NCBI GenBank assembly: GCA_050331235.1 | Contig: JBHJHA010000083.1 | Span: forward strand, 1-12,564 | Source: Leptolyngbyaceae cyanobacterium | GTDB lineage: Bacteria; Cyanobacteriota; Cyanobacteriia; Phormidesmidales; Phormidesmidaceae | Direction of reading: 5' to 3' | DNA: 12,564 nucleotides | Shown: one piece after another, positions 1-8,215 of the stretch | Numbering within the stretch: the first letter of the stretch is position 1 | Layout of the letters: the number at the start of each line of letters is the position of its first letter | Notes under the pieces: generated by a model | What the model was told of the DNA's origin: nothing | The model's input: only the letters and a program-made list of their open reading frames with translations | Database searches by the model: none | Program-made: the position numbers and the translations under genes

Positions 1-30
1 CTAATAACCGGAAACAGCAAGCATAAAACA

Positions 31-54
31 GGCAAGCATTGATCAATGCTTGCC
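31..54. repeat. Perfect 24-bp palindrome GGCAAGCATTGATCAATGCTTGCC
   Basis: Read directly: the sequence equals its own reverse complement. An imperfect copy of the left arm precedes it (AAACAGCAAGCAT 12-24 vs AAACAGGCAAGCAT 26-39). Confidence 0.9.
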
Positions 55-1341
55 CAAATGCTCCGAATTCTTTCTAATACAATGACTCCAGCGATTTCCC
101 GCTATTTCAAAAGCTCGTGGTTAGCCAAGTATATAAATGCCAAAGTATTGGGCGTAGATGACTTTGCTTTCCGGAAGGGTCACAATTACGGCACGATTTT
201 GGTCGATTTAGAAACGCATCAACCGATCGCCCTGCTCGCCGACCGCAAAGCTGAGACGCTAGCGACTTGGCTCGAAGCCCATCCAGGGATCGAAGTGCTC
301 TCCCGTGACCGCTCCAAAACCTACCGCAATGCGATGAGCGAAGGTGCCCCGGAGGCCGTACAAGTGGCGGATCGCTTTCACTTGGTCAAGAACTTAAGTG
401 ACGCCTTAGAACAAGCATTTGGCAGCTATCGCCGTGAGCTGAAAGCAGCTGAACAATCACAATATCAAGACAGCGTCACTGAGACTTCTGAAAAAACCGT
501 TTTGGTGATTACCAAGCCCACCGCCACCGAGCAGTCGCAGCAACGAATACAGCAGAATCAACACCGCAAGATAGAACAACAAAAATCGATCAAAGCCTTA
601 CGCGCACAGGGTTGGACACAAGCTGCGATTGCCCAGAAGGTGGGCGTCAGTCTCAGAACAGTGGAACGCTACAGCCGTTGGCCCGATTTTCCCGAACCCC
701 CCGCTCGTCGTTCAACGTTTGGACGGAGCGTACTCGACCCCTATAAGCCACAGCTTTTAGAGTGGTGGAATGCGGGTATCAGAGAGCCGAGCATCTTGAT
801 GAAATTGCTCGCACCGTGTGGATTTGAAGGCTCACTTCGCACCCTACAGCGCTACATCAGCGGGTTACGCGAAGCTCAGGGGCTACCGCCCGTCAGGATT
901 AAAGTCAATCAAGCGCTGCCGAAAGTCACTGATCCACAGACGCCGCCCTTGACCCCGCGTCAAGCCGCCTACTTAGTGGTGCTCAGACCTGAGAACCGAG
1001 AAGCCGAAGAGACTGACTTGCTCGAACGGCTTGTCAAGCAGCATGAAGACTTAGCACTATTAGTTGAACTCGCTGATGAGTTCTTGGAGTTGCTGCGAAA
1101 ACGGCAGGCAGATATCCTCGACAACTGGCTGATGAAAGCAGCAGGCTGCACTATCAAACCTCTGAAAACGTTTGTCAATGGACTATTCGACGACTACGCT
1201 GCGGTCAAAGCGAGCCTGATGAACGAGGTTGGCAATGGCCCCGTCGAGGGTTTGAACAACAAGTTGAAGATGCTCAAACGACAGATGTACGGCAGGGCCA
1301 GCTTGGAACTGCTCGAAAAGCGCCTCGTTATGGCGGCATGA
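46..1341 (+). CDS. ISL3-family transposase, probably 5'-truncated (family similarity starts near nt 142)
   Basis: ISL3 motifs KVLGVDDFAFRKGHNYGTILVDLE, SRDRS, QVADRFHL and NGPVEGLNNKLKMLKRQMYGR are present, plus an internal HTH (WTQAAIAQKVGVSLRTVERY). The usual N-terminal Cys zinc-finger region is absent, and the first ~31 aa are not ISL3-like. Confidence 0.9.
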   Translation: MLAQMLRILSNTMTPAISRYFKSSWLAKYINAKVLGVDDFAFRKGHNYGTILVDLETHQPIALLADRKAETLATWLEAHPGIEVLSRDRSKTYRNAMSEGAPEAVQVADRFHLVKNLSDALEQAFGSYRRELKAAEQSQYQDSVTETSEKTVLVITKPTATEQSQQRIQQNQHRKIEQQKSIKALRAQGWTQAAIAQKVGVSLRTVERYSRWPDFPEPPARRSTFGRSVLDPYKPQLLEWWNAGIREPSILMKLLAPCGFEGSLRTLQRYISGLREAQGLPPVRIKVNQALPKVTDPQTPPLTPRQAAYLVVLRPENREAEETDLLERLVKQHEDLALLVELADEFLELLRKRQADILDNWLMKAAGCTIKPLKTFVNGLFDDYAAVKASLMNEVGNGPVEGLNNKLKMLKRQMYGRASLELLEKRLVMAA

Positions 1342-1390
1342 CCACTGATAGCAAGTGATTTTCTAACTTCACCAAAAGCTGGGAAGAGCC
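139..1390 (+). mobile_element. ISL3-family insertion sequence, partial (right end intact, left end missing)
   Basis: Transposase ORF followed by a terminal sequence ending GAAGAGCC at 1390 (reverse complement GGCTCTTC, typical of ISL3 ends). No matching left IR in the window. The left coordinate is approximate. Confidence 0.8.
1367..1390 (-). repeat. ISL3 right terminal inverted repeat (minus strand GGCTCTTCCCAGCTTTTGGTGAAG)
   Basis: Begins 25 bp after the transposase stop and has the GGCTCT terminus characteristic of ISL3. IR length is inferred because its partner is not visible. The adjacent CAGGTTCA (1391-1398) is the candidate 8-bp target duplication. Confidence 0.75.
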
Positions 1391-1437
1391 CAGGTTCATT
1401 GTCGTCTAATAGACCTGCTGTAGTCCATCACCGGGCA

Positions 1438-2538
1438 CTAATTGTCAGACTTTAGGGCGGTGCTGACTTGGTTGGCGCGCCGCCAAATCGCTTCATGCTG
1501 CAATTGACTGATGGCGGCATGGTAGGTTTCGGCGTGTACAGCCACACTGTGGCCCATCCAGCGGGCGGCGATGCTGTCTGGAATACCCACAACGGCTGAG
1601 CGAATAGCATACGCATGGCGCAGGGCATAGGGTTTATGCGGAATTCTGCGCCGTTTATCGCTGCGCAGGTTGGAGGACACACGCTCGCCTAAATCTTTAT
1701 TGTTGCGGCCCTCAATAACGATATTGGGTAGCGCCATTTCGGCCAGGTTAAAACGGCTGCGCCATTCATCTGGCAGTGGCCACACATCGCGTCTCCCGGT
1801 TTTAGAATCATCCAGGATGGTTATTTTGCCAGTAGAGGAGGCAATGTCTTCAGGATCGGCTACCTTGAAGGCCTCGTGCGGTCTCAGGCCATAAGTGGCC
1901 AGCATCCCGTAGACCCATCGCCATCCAGGGCTGGTAATGGATTGCCATATCGCTTCAATCTCTTCATCGGTGGGTAAATCGTTGACCGTGACCGCTTTTG
2001 GCTTGTAAGCCCCTTTGATTTCAGTAAAGTCAGCCTCAACACCAGCAAACTTAGCCAGTTGCCGAAAAACCATGCAGTCGTTCTTGCGGTTCCAACTATT
2101 GGCGGGGATAAGCTCTAAGATGTGCGCGGTGAGCATCTGCTCATTCAAGGGCTTATTGGGCAGCGATGCTAAGGGCTCAGCATAGTTGCTGCTGTAAGAA
2201 CTCTCTTTGATGCTGGCGGCTTTGAGAGTGGCAAACTCCTACGCCCAGTCTGCTGCCGTTTTACCCGCAGGCTCACCCCCGTGTTCCCAATCTGCCCAGG
2301 CAAAGCGGTCCATATTGAGGTCTGATTCCAGGCGCTGCGCTTTGGCTTTAGCGACTTTGATTCCGTCTGGATTGGCAAAGATGCCGAGAGCGATGTAACG
2401 CTGTTTGTTGCCTGGTCCTTCCCCTGGTTTCTTGGGCAAGGAGCCACGTAAGGCTAGCTTGCGGCCTCGGCGTTCAATTTTAATCCGGCCTAAGGACTGG
2501 TTAGCCTTGGCGATCGCCTTATCTATTGAGTCCACCAT
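1438..2538 (-). pseudogene. Tyrosine recombinase/site-specific integrase (cyanobacterial XisA/XisC-like), interrupted by one in-frame TAG at codon 100
   Basis: ORFs 2239-2538 and 1438-2148 are in the same frame. The 90 nt between them are open (EFATLKAASIKESSYSSNYAEPLASLPNKP), giving a 366-codon gene with a single TAG at 2239-2241. Catalytic motifs: YGLRPHE, SKTG, YALRHAYA, WMGHS, HAETY. The N-terminus (IERRGRKLALRGSLPKKPG...IALGIFANPDG...FAWADW) is typical of this cyanobacterial family. Confidence 0.9.
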
Positions 2539-2545
2539 AGAAAAA

Positions 2546-2617
2546 TTTGCGCTAGTTTTGAGCTAATTTGCGGTGCAAATACGACTATTTTGCTAATCAA
2601 ACTTGCCCAAACTGCCC
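2546..2617. repeat. Short imperfect direct repeats between integrase start and tRNA (candidate arm-type or regulatory sites)
   Basis: TTTGCGCTAG 2546-2555, TTTGAGCTAA 2557-2566, TTTGCGGTGC 2567-2576, TTTTGCTAA 2588-2596; also CAAACTTGCC 2598-2607 and CAAACTGCCC 2608-2617. Repeats are seen directly; function is inferred. Confidence 0.55.
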
Positions 2618-2664
2618 GGCAGACGATCACCTCTAAAAGCACTCAAACCGCTGGAATCATTGAA

Positions 2665-2749
2665 CGGAGAGGCAGGGATTCGAACCCTGGGAACCTTTCG
2701 GCTCATCCGATTTCAAGTCGGACGCAATCGACCACTCTGCCACCTCTCC
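2665..2749 (-). tRNA. trnS: tRNA-Ser (anticodon UGA), 85 nt, CCA not encoded
   Basis: Minus strand GGAGAGGTGGCAGAGTGGTCGATTGCGTCCGACTTGAAATCGGATGAGCCGAAAGGTTCCCAGGGTTCGAATCCCTGCCTCTCCG. Acceptor stem GGAGAGG/CCTCTCC, anticodon arm TCCGA-CTTGAAA-TCGGA, long variable arm, T arm CAGGG-TTCGAAT-CCCTG, discriminator G. Confidence 0.98.
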
Positions 2750-2759
2750 AGGCTTTGCT

Positions 2760-2765
2760 ATTGTA
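2760..2765 (-). promoter_or_regulatory. Putative -10 box (TACAAT) of the tRNA-Ser promoter
   Basis: TACAAT on the minus strand, 10 nt upstream of the mature tRNA 5' end. No well-spaced -35 box seen. Confidence 0.5.
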
Positions 2766-2927
2766 AAGCATCATTTCAACAATGCGAGCTGGTGCGATGG
2801 GAAATTTCGGACTTTGCAGACAGCCTCACTGGTTTGTTTGAAGTAGAGAGTACGCCAGCAGCAGTCACTAACTGGATAGTCCCTGCATAAGGCTAAAAAC
2901 TCACTTGTCGTTCGCTTTCAGAGGGAT

Positions 2928-3269
2928 TTAATGACGGTCGTTATCCAAGGCTTCTTCCAAGGTTTGTCGCTCTTGCTTACTCAATCCAAACAGAAAGTAC
3001 CGCGTCTCCTTTATGAGCAGCACCACCGTTAGCCCCAAACATAAACCTAATCCGATCGCTGCCAACCGATGAAAGGCTAGACCGTAGCGCAGGGCCGCCC
3101 AGGTGAAATAGTCTGCTAGCTGATGCCAGGTGCGCCGCAGACTCCAAATGCTCACTGTCCCCACTGATGCCCACAAAAACAGGGAAAACATCCACCAGCG
3201 CCTTAGCCAGCGTCGCCGTAGAGCCAGGAGCCGTTCGTCAGTTTCAGAGGGAGAGGCATCTAAAACCAT
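2928..3269 (-). CDS. Small hypothetical membrane protein (113 aa, about 2 TM segments)
   Basis: Starts 8 nt after the secF stop. It has an Arg/Trp-rich lead-in and two hydrophobic stretches flanking YFTWAALRYGL, and resembles a conserved cyanobacterial hypothetical family (from recall). Confidence 0.8.
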   Translation of the reverse strand: MVLDASPSETDERLLALRRRWLRRWWMFSLFLWASVGTVSIWSLRRTWHQLADYFTWAALRYGLAFHRLAAIGLGLCLGLTVVLLIKETRYFLFGLSKQERQTLEEALDNDRH

Positions 3270-3277
3270 AGAACGAC

Positions 3278-4243
3278 CTAGGGTAGGTCTTCGGCGGGCT
3301 GAGGCGGCTCAGCTAGCCCTGCGATCGCCTGCCCCGACCGGACGCGCCACCAAGCCAGTAGCGTACTCGCCACAAAAATACTAGAGTAGGCACCAGCGAC
3401 AAATCCAGCGATCAGCGCCAGGGCGAAAAACTTCAGGGTCTCTCCGCCAAACAGAACAATTGCCACCAGCGGCAACACTGTCGTTAACGTGGTGTTGATG
3501 GATCGCGTCAAGGTTTGGTTGACGCCATCATCGACCAAGTCATTAATATGGCGTTCGGGATGCAGCTTAATATTTTCTCGAATGCGATCGTAAATGACGA
3601 CCGTATCGTTGACCGAAAAGCCGACAATAGTCAGCAACGCCACGATGAAGAGGCTATTGACTTCCACCTTGAGTAGTAAGCCTAACCAAGCAAAAAGCCC
3701 CGTAGCGATGAGCACATCGTGGAGCAGGGCTACGATTGCCAGTAATGCATAGTCAAGCTGAAAGCGGACACTGAGGTAAATGACAATCCCTGCAAAGGCG
3801 ACGATTAAGGCCAGCAGACCAGCGGCAAATAACTGTCGACCAATGGTGGGGCCCACCGAGTCAATCTGGATCGAGCGATTGTCCAGTGGACCAATTTCTG
3901 TCTCCAGCGCAGTGCGTAGGGTCGTTTCTTCATCCACATTCAAATTACGGGTACGAATGGCAACGCTCTGCCCCTCATCGCCCGTCACTTGAATGACTCC
4001 GGTTTCTAACCCCTGTTGTCCCAGGAGTTGACGGACGTCAGCCGGATCAATGGGAGTTTGGCAATCGGCAGCACCACAGTCTCGGGACACTTGAATACGG
4101 GTACCCCCAACAAAGTCGAGGCCAGGCCGCAGCGGTGCTCCGAACTGTTGCCAGCTAATAATCATGCCAATGATACTGGCGAGGACAACCAAGCCAGAAA
4201 TCAACCACCAAAATGACCGCTGTCGAATAATATCTAACTTCAT
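3278..4243 (-). CDS. secF: Protein translocase subunit SecF (321 aa)
   Basis: Motifs [36 protein letters not shown] and TLTRSINT. Start reassigned to the ATG at 4243 (MKLDII...), which overlaps the secD stop as ATGA. Confidence 0.97.
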   Translation of the reverse strand: MKLDIIRQRSFWWLISGLVVLASIIGMIISWQQFGAPLRPGLDFVGGTRIQVSRDCGAADCQTPIDPADVRQLLGQQGLETGVIQVTGDEGQSVAIRTRNLNVDEETTLRTALETEIGPLDNRSIQIDSVGPTIGRQLFAAGLLALIVAFAGIVIYLSVRFQLDYALLAIVALLHDVLIATGLFAWLGLLLKVEVNSLFIVALLTIVGFSVNDTVVIYDRIRENIKLHPERHINDLVDDGVNQTLTRSINTTLTTVLPLVAIVLFGGETLKFFALALIAGFVAGAYSSIFVASTLLAWWRVRSGQAIAGLAEPPQPAEDLP

Positions 4244-5703
4244 GACTTCGAAGGAGCTGTAGATAGACCGGGACAAAAAAGCTCCGGCTTGCGAAACTGG
4301 GGTAACCCTAGGGAAAAGAGTAACAGTGTGCGGCTGCAAGTGACGGCGGTAAACAAGCTGATCACGACCCCGATCGCCAAGGTCAGCGCAAAGCCCTTGA
4401 CCAAGCCAGCCCCAAACCAAAACAGCGCTGCGCAGGCGATCAGAGTCGTCACATTACTGTCAAGAATGCTGGAGAAGGCACGGTAGAACCCAGATTCGAC
4501 CGAGCGGTACAGCGTTTTGCCGCCCCTCAGTTCTTCGCGGGTGCGCTCAAAAATCAGTACATTGGCGTCTACCGCCATGCCAATGCTCAGGATGAATCCC
4601 GCAATGCCGGGAAGCGTCAGCGTCACCCCAAAAATATTGAAGGCGGCCAGCGTCAGCAAGGCATAGACAACGAGAGCGCCATCCGCCAAGACCCCTGGCA
4701 AACGGTAGTAGACCGCCATGAAAATCAGCACCAAAACCAGACCCACGATCGCTGCATAGAGGCTGCGGCGAATGCTGTCTTGCCCCAATGTGGGACCAAC
4801 CGTACGAGTTTCGACGACCTCCACCGGCAGCGGCAGGGCTCCACCCCGCAGTTGAATCGCGAGATCGCTCGCTGACTCAGCGTTGAAGTTACCCGACACC
4901 ACGGCACTGCCGCCGGTAATGCCCGTTTCCGCATATTGCACATCGACGGTGGGAGCACTGATTAGGCGATCGTCCAAAAAGATGCCGATACTACGTCCGG
5001 TTCCCGCAATGTTGCGGCTAATTTCTGCAAACTTATTGGCTCCCGCCGCATCAAAATCAATCACCACTTCCCAGAGATTGCCGCTCTGGCGGGGGCGTGC
5101 ATACGCGTCGGTCAGGGCCTGCCCGGTCAAATCAGCCGGGGCAAACAAATCGCGAATGGCTCGGTTGCTCTCTTGAATTGCCTGCTGCACCGACTGAATT
5201 TGGGACGCCAACTCAGTATCATCAGCACTGCGATCGCCAGCCGCCGAGTCTAACAATGTCTGCGAGCCTGGATCGGCGGCCTCCTGAAGGGCAAGCAACT
5301 CTAACTGGTGCTGCTGCAAGATTTGGTTTTCAATCTGAAACTGCTGCTCCGTGTTAGGTGCCTGCGGTCGAAATTCCAACTGTGCAGTTTCGCCCAGGAC
5401 TCGCTGGGCCTGTTCTGGATCGCTAACCCCAGGTAATTGCACTAGCAGCTGATTTTGGCCCAACTGCTGCACCGATGTTTCTGAAACGCCGAGCTCATTG
5501 ACTCGATCAGAGATGACCCGCTGGACCGCTTCCATGTCCTGTTCAGTGATGGTGGGCACCTTATCGGTAGTTTCAACCTGTAGGGTCAACTGAGTTCCGC
5601 CTCGCAGGTCTAGCCCCAGTCGTGTTGGCACCGTTGCGATCACGACGATCGCCGCGATCGCCAATCCTAAAATCATTGCCAGCAGCAGCCTTTGCTTGCC
5701 CAT
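4240..5703 (-). CDS. secD: Protein translocase subunit SecD (487 aa)
   Basis: Motifs [27 protein letters not shown] and [31 protein letters not shown]. Confidence 0.98.
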   Translation of the reverse strand: MGKQRLLLAMILGLAIAAIVVIATVPTRLGLDLRGGTQLTLQVETTDKVPTITEQDMEAVQRVISDRVNELGVSETSVQQLGQNQLLVQLPGVSDPEQAQRVLGETAQLEFRPQAPNTEQQFQIENQILQQHQLELLALQEAADPGSQTLLDSAAGDRSADDTELASQIQSVQQAIQESNRAIRDLFAPADLTGQALTDAYARPRQSGNLWEVVIDFDAAGANKFAEISRNIAGTGRSIGIFLDDRLISAPTVDVQYAETGITGGSAVVSGNFNAESASDLAIQLRGGALPLPVEVVETRTVGPTLGQDSIRRSLYAAIVGLVLVLIFMAVYYRLPGVLADGALVVYALLTLAAFNIFGVTLTLPGIAGFILSIGMAVDANVLIFERTREELRGGKTLYRSVESGFYRAFSSILDSNVTTLIACAALFWFGAGLVKGFALTLAIGVVISLFTAVTCSRTLLLFSLGLPQFRKPELFCPGLSTAPSKS

Positions 5704-5710
5704 AGTGTCC

Positions 5711-6694
5711 TTAAATCTGCAGTGCCATCATCTTCTCGACTGCTTCCTCAATTTGCTGAGGCTGCACAATCGTCAGGCTCTCTAGTTTACCGTTGTACGG
5801 AGTCGGAATGTCTTGGGAAGACAGTCGGAGCACCGGTGCATCCAGTTCATCAAAGAAGCGATCGTTGATCGAAGCCGTAATCTCCGCGCCAATGCCTCCG
5901 GTTTTCATACACTCTTCCACCACAATGACCCGATGGGTCTTCTTGATCGAGGCCCCAATAGTTTCAAAGTCCAGCGGCTTCAGCGAAATTAGATCGATCA
6001 CCTCGAGGTCGAAGCCTTTTTGTTCCAGCTTCTTCGCCGCTTGAACTGCATGGTGACGCATGCGTGAATAGGTCAAAATTGTGACATCTTTACCCGGTCG
6101 CACAACCTCGGCTTGATCGAGTGGGACTAAATACTCGTGCTCCGGCAGATTTTCCTTCAGGTTGTACAGCAGCACGTGCTCAAAAAACAGCACCGGATTA
6201 TTATCGCGAATGGCCGATTTGAGTAGTCCTTTTGCGTTATAAGGCGTCGAGCAGGCCACAATCTTCAACCCGGGAACCGCCTGGAAATAAGCCTCCAGCC
6301 GTTGCGAGTGCTCCGCTCCTAACTGCCGTCCTACGCCGCCCGGACCGCGAATCACCATAGGAATTTTGTAATTTCCCCCCGAGGTGTAGCGCAACATGCC
6401 CGCATTATTGGCAATTAGGTTAAACGCCAGCAACAAGAAGCCCATATTCATGCCTTCGATGATGGGACGTAACCCCGTCATTGCGGCACCAACAGCCATC
6501 CCCGTAAAGCTGTTTTCAGCGATGGGCGTGTCCAACACGCGAAATTCGCCATATTTCTCATACAGCCCCTTAGTGACCTTATAGGAACCGCCATATACGC
6601 CCACATCTTCGCCGAGTACAAAGACGGTCTCGTCGCGCCCCATTTCTTCGTCGACAGCTTCGCGCAGCGCATTGAATAAGAGAGTTTCTGCCAT
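5711..6694 (-). CDS. pdhB: Pyruvate dehydrogenase E1 beta subunit (327 aa)
   Basis: Motifs [49 protein letters not shown] and [12 protein letters not shown] (cyanobacterial/plastid type). Confidence 0.98.
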   Translation of the reverse strand: MAETLLFNALREAVDEEMGRDETVFVLGEDVGVYGGSYKVTKGLYEKYGEFRVLDTPIAENSFTGMAVGAAMTGLRPIIEGMNMGFLLLAFNLIANNAGMLRYTSGGNYKIPMVIRGPGGVGRQLGAEHSQRLEAYFQAVPGLKIVACSTPYNAKGLLKSAIRDNNPVLFFEHVLLYNLKENLPEHEYLVPLDQAEVVRPGKDVTILTYSRMRHHAVQAAKKLEQKGFDLEVIDLISLKPLDFETIGASIKKTHRVIVVEECMKTGGIGAEITASINDRFFDELDAPVLRLSSQDIPTPYNGKLESLTIVQPQQIEEAVEKMMALQI

Positions 6695-6781
6695 GGATTA
6701 TGCCAATGAGAATACAAATTCGAAATTGAGAAATTTAGAGAGTGTGAAGCGAGGGCATCGCCCCTCAAAGATTGAACTGAA

Positions 6782-7810
6782 TTAGCCCTCGGCAAAGATG
6801 TAGCGGCGGAGCTCGCTGGGGTCTGGCTCAGGGCTTTGCTCAGCAAACGTAACGGCATCATCCACAACCTGCTGGATCTTGTCGCGAATGGCTTTGAGGT
6901 CAGCCTCTTTGGCCAGATTTTGCTCCAGCAAATAGGTTTCAAAGCGCTTGAGCGGATCACGCGAAAGCCATTCCTCTTTCTCTTCTTTGGACCGCAATTC
7001 GTCAGGGTCCGCGAGGGAATGTCCCCGAAACCGATAGGTCAAACACTCAATCAGCGTTGGTCCCCCACCAGCACGGGCGCGGCTGACCGCAGTTTTAGCT
7101 GCATCTCGCACAGCCAGGACATCCATTCCGTCGACTTCGACACCAGTCATGCCAAACACACTGGCTTTTTTAAAGATTTCGGTCTGGGAGCTGGCGCGCT
7201 CATGGGCCATCCCGATCGCCCATTTGTTATTTTCCACCACAAAAATGATGGGTAGCTTCCACAGCGCAGCCATGTTTAAGCATTCAAAAAACTGGCCGTT
7301 GTTGGTAGTGCCATCACCAAAGAAACAAGCAGTCACCTGATCAGCCTGATCATCGCCCAATGCCACCCGTCGATAATGGGATTGGAATGCCGCCCCCAGC
7401 GCCACTGGAATGCCCTCACCGATAAAGGCAAACCCGCCTAACAGATTATGTTCAGCGGAAAACAGGTGCATAGAGCCGCCCCGCCCCTTACTACAGCCGG
7501 TTTCCTTGCCAAATAGCTCGGCCATCACGTTATCCGCCGGGACGCCAACGCTCAAGGCATGGACGTGGTCGCGATAGGTACTGCAAACGTAGTCATCGGA
7601 GCGCAAACATTTGATTACCCCGGAGGAAACCGCCTCTTGACCGTTGTAGAGGTGGACAAACCCAAACATCCGCCCCCGGTAATACATTTCGGCGCACTTG
7701 TCTTCAAAGTAGCGACCGAGCACCATGTCCTCATACACCGTTAGCCCTTCCTCGGGGGTCAACAGGTTTTTGGTAGCTTGAAATGTAGGTAAGGTCCGTT
7801 CCTGGGCCAT
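6782..7810 (-). CDS. pdhA: Pyruvate dehydrogenase E1 alpha subunit (342 aa)
   Basis: Motifs [27 protein letters not shown]-binding GDG...ENN and [11 protein letters not shown]. Start reassigned to the ATG at 7810 (MAQERTLP...), with SD-like GAGAGGA at 7823-7829 on the minus strand. Confidence 0.97.
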   Translation of the reverse strand: MAQERTLPTFQATKNLLTPEEGLTVYEDMVLGRYFEDKCAEMYYRGRMFGFVHLYNGQEAVSSGVIKCLRSDDYVCSTYRDHVHALSVGVPADNVMAELFGKETGCSKGRGGSMHLFSAEHNLLGGFAFIGEGIPVALGAAFQSHYRRVALGDDQADQVTACFFGDGTTNNGQFFECLNMAALWKLPIIFVVENNKWAIGMAHERASSQTEIFKKASVFGMTGVEVDGMDVLAVRDAAKTAVSRARAGGGPTLIECLTYRFRGHSLADPDELRSKEEKEEWLSRDPLKRFETYLLEQNLAKEADLKAIRDKIQQVVDDAVTFAEQSPEPDPSELRRYIFAEG

Positions 7811-8215
7811 GGGTTTGACGCGTCCTCTCGGCAGTTCCAACTTTACACAATAAACAAAAGTGGCCCCCTGATGAGCGTCATTGATCACCATCGGGCTGAT
7901 GCACCCTCTGGAGTCGCCGGCACTCGCCATTGGGAATTGGGGATGAAGCCACAAGCTCAACAATTCTATACCTAGACTATCCCCCCCCGGCATTGCTCTG
8001 TCCCCGAGAAGGTGAAATAAAGTTTTGAGAATCCAGATTGAACGGTCTAGAACTCGACAACCGACATATCATGAGGAACGTTTCATCCGGGGAGGTTGAC
8101 CAAGTAGATGACTATCACCGACCATCGTCAACTTAGGGTAAGGGATACTTCCCAGGTTTCCACTCGTGGGGATAGGCCAGCATCATCAGCCGAAAGACAG
8201 GTATTTGGGGACACC

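Larger units (their letters stand above)
1..2664. mobile_element. Right edge of a tRNA-Ser-integrated genomic island or integrative element remnant; extends left beyond the window
   Basis: A tyrosine integrase gene starts 127 bp downstream of the tRNA-Ser 3' end on the same strand. IS cargo follows it, and only core genes lie on the other side of the tRNA. The second att copy is not in the window, so the island call is an inference. Confidence 0.7.

Noticed and set aside
2239..2241. Suppression or recoding of the integrase TAG by the neighbouring tRNA
   Set aside because: The anticodon is UGA, which reads UCA-type Ser codons and not UAG. The tRNA looks like a normal tRNA-Ser, and no pyrrolysine or selenocysteine machinery is present in the window.
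2169..2447. 92-aa minus-strand ORF as a programmed-frameshift partner of the integrase
   Set aside because: The two integrase halves are already in the same frame, so no frameshift is needed. This ORF has no recognisable motifs.
2603..2890. 95-aa plus-strand ORF
   Set aside because: Antisense to the tRNA gene and its promoter, a typical spurious ORF.
4244..4420. N-terminal extension of SecF in the ORF track
   Set aside because: Overlaps secD coding sequence. The ATG at 4243, with its ATGA overlap, gives a normal SecF N-terminus.
6751..6766. Hairpin GAGGGCATCGCCCCTC after the pdhA stop as a terminator
   Set aside because: Short bulged stem with no U-tract on the minus strand. At most an mRNA-stabilising hairpin.
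7868..7875. CTGATGAG resembling a hammerhead ribozyme core
   Set aside because: No following stem II plus GAAA, and no supporting flanking stems.
7981..7988. C8 homopolymer as a phase-variation tract
   Set aside because: Short, intergenic between housekeeping genes, and not clearly within a promoter spacer.
7811..8215. N-terminal extensions of PdhA (to 7993) and Ftn2 (from 8108)
   Set aside because: No family-like sequence before MAQERTLP or (MT)VRIPLDYY. More likely a divergent promoter and 5'-UTR region.
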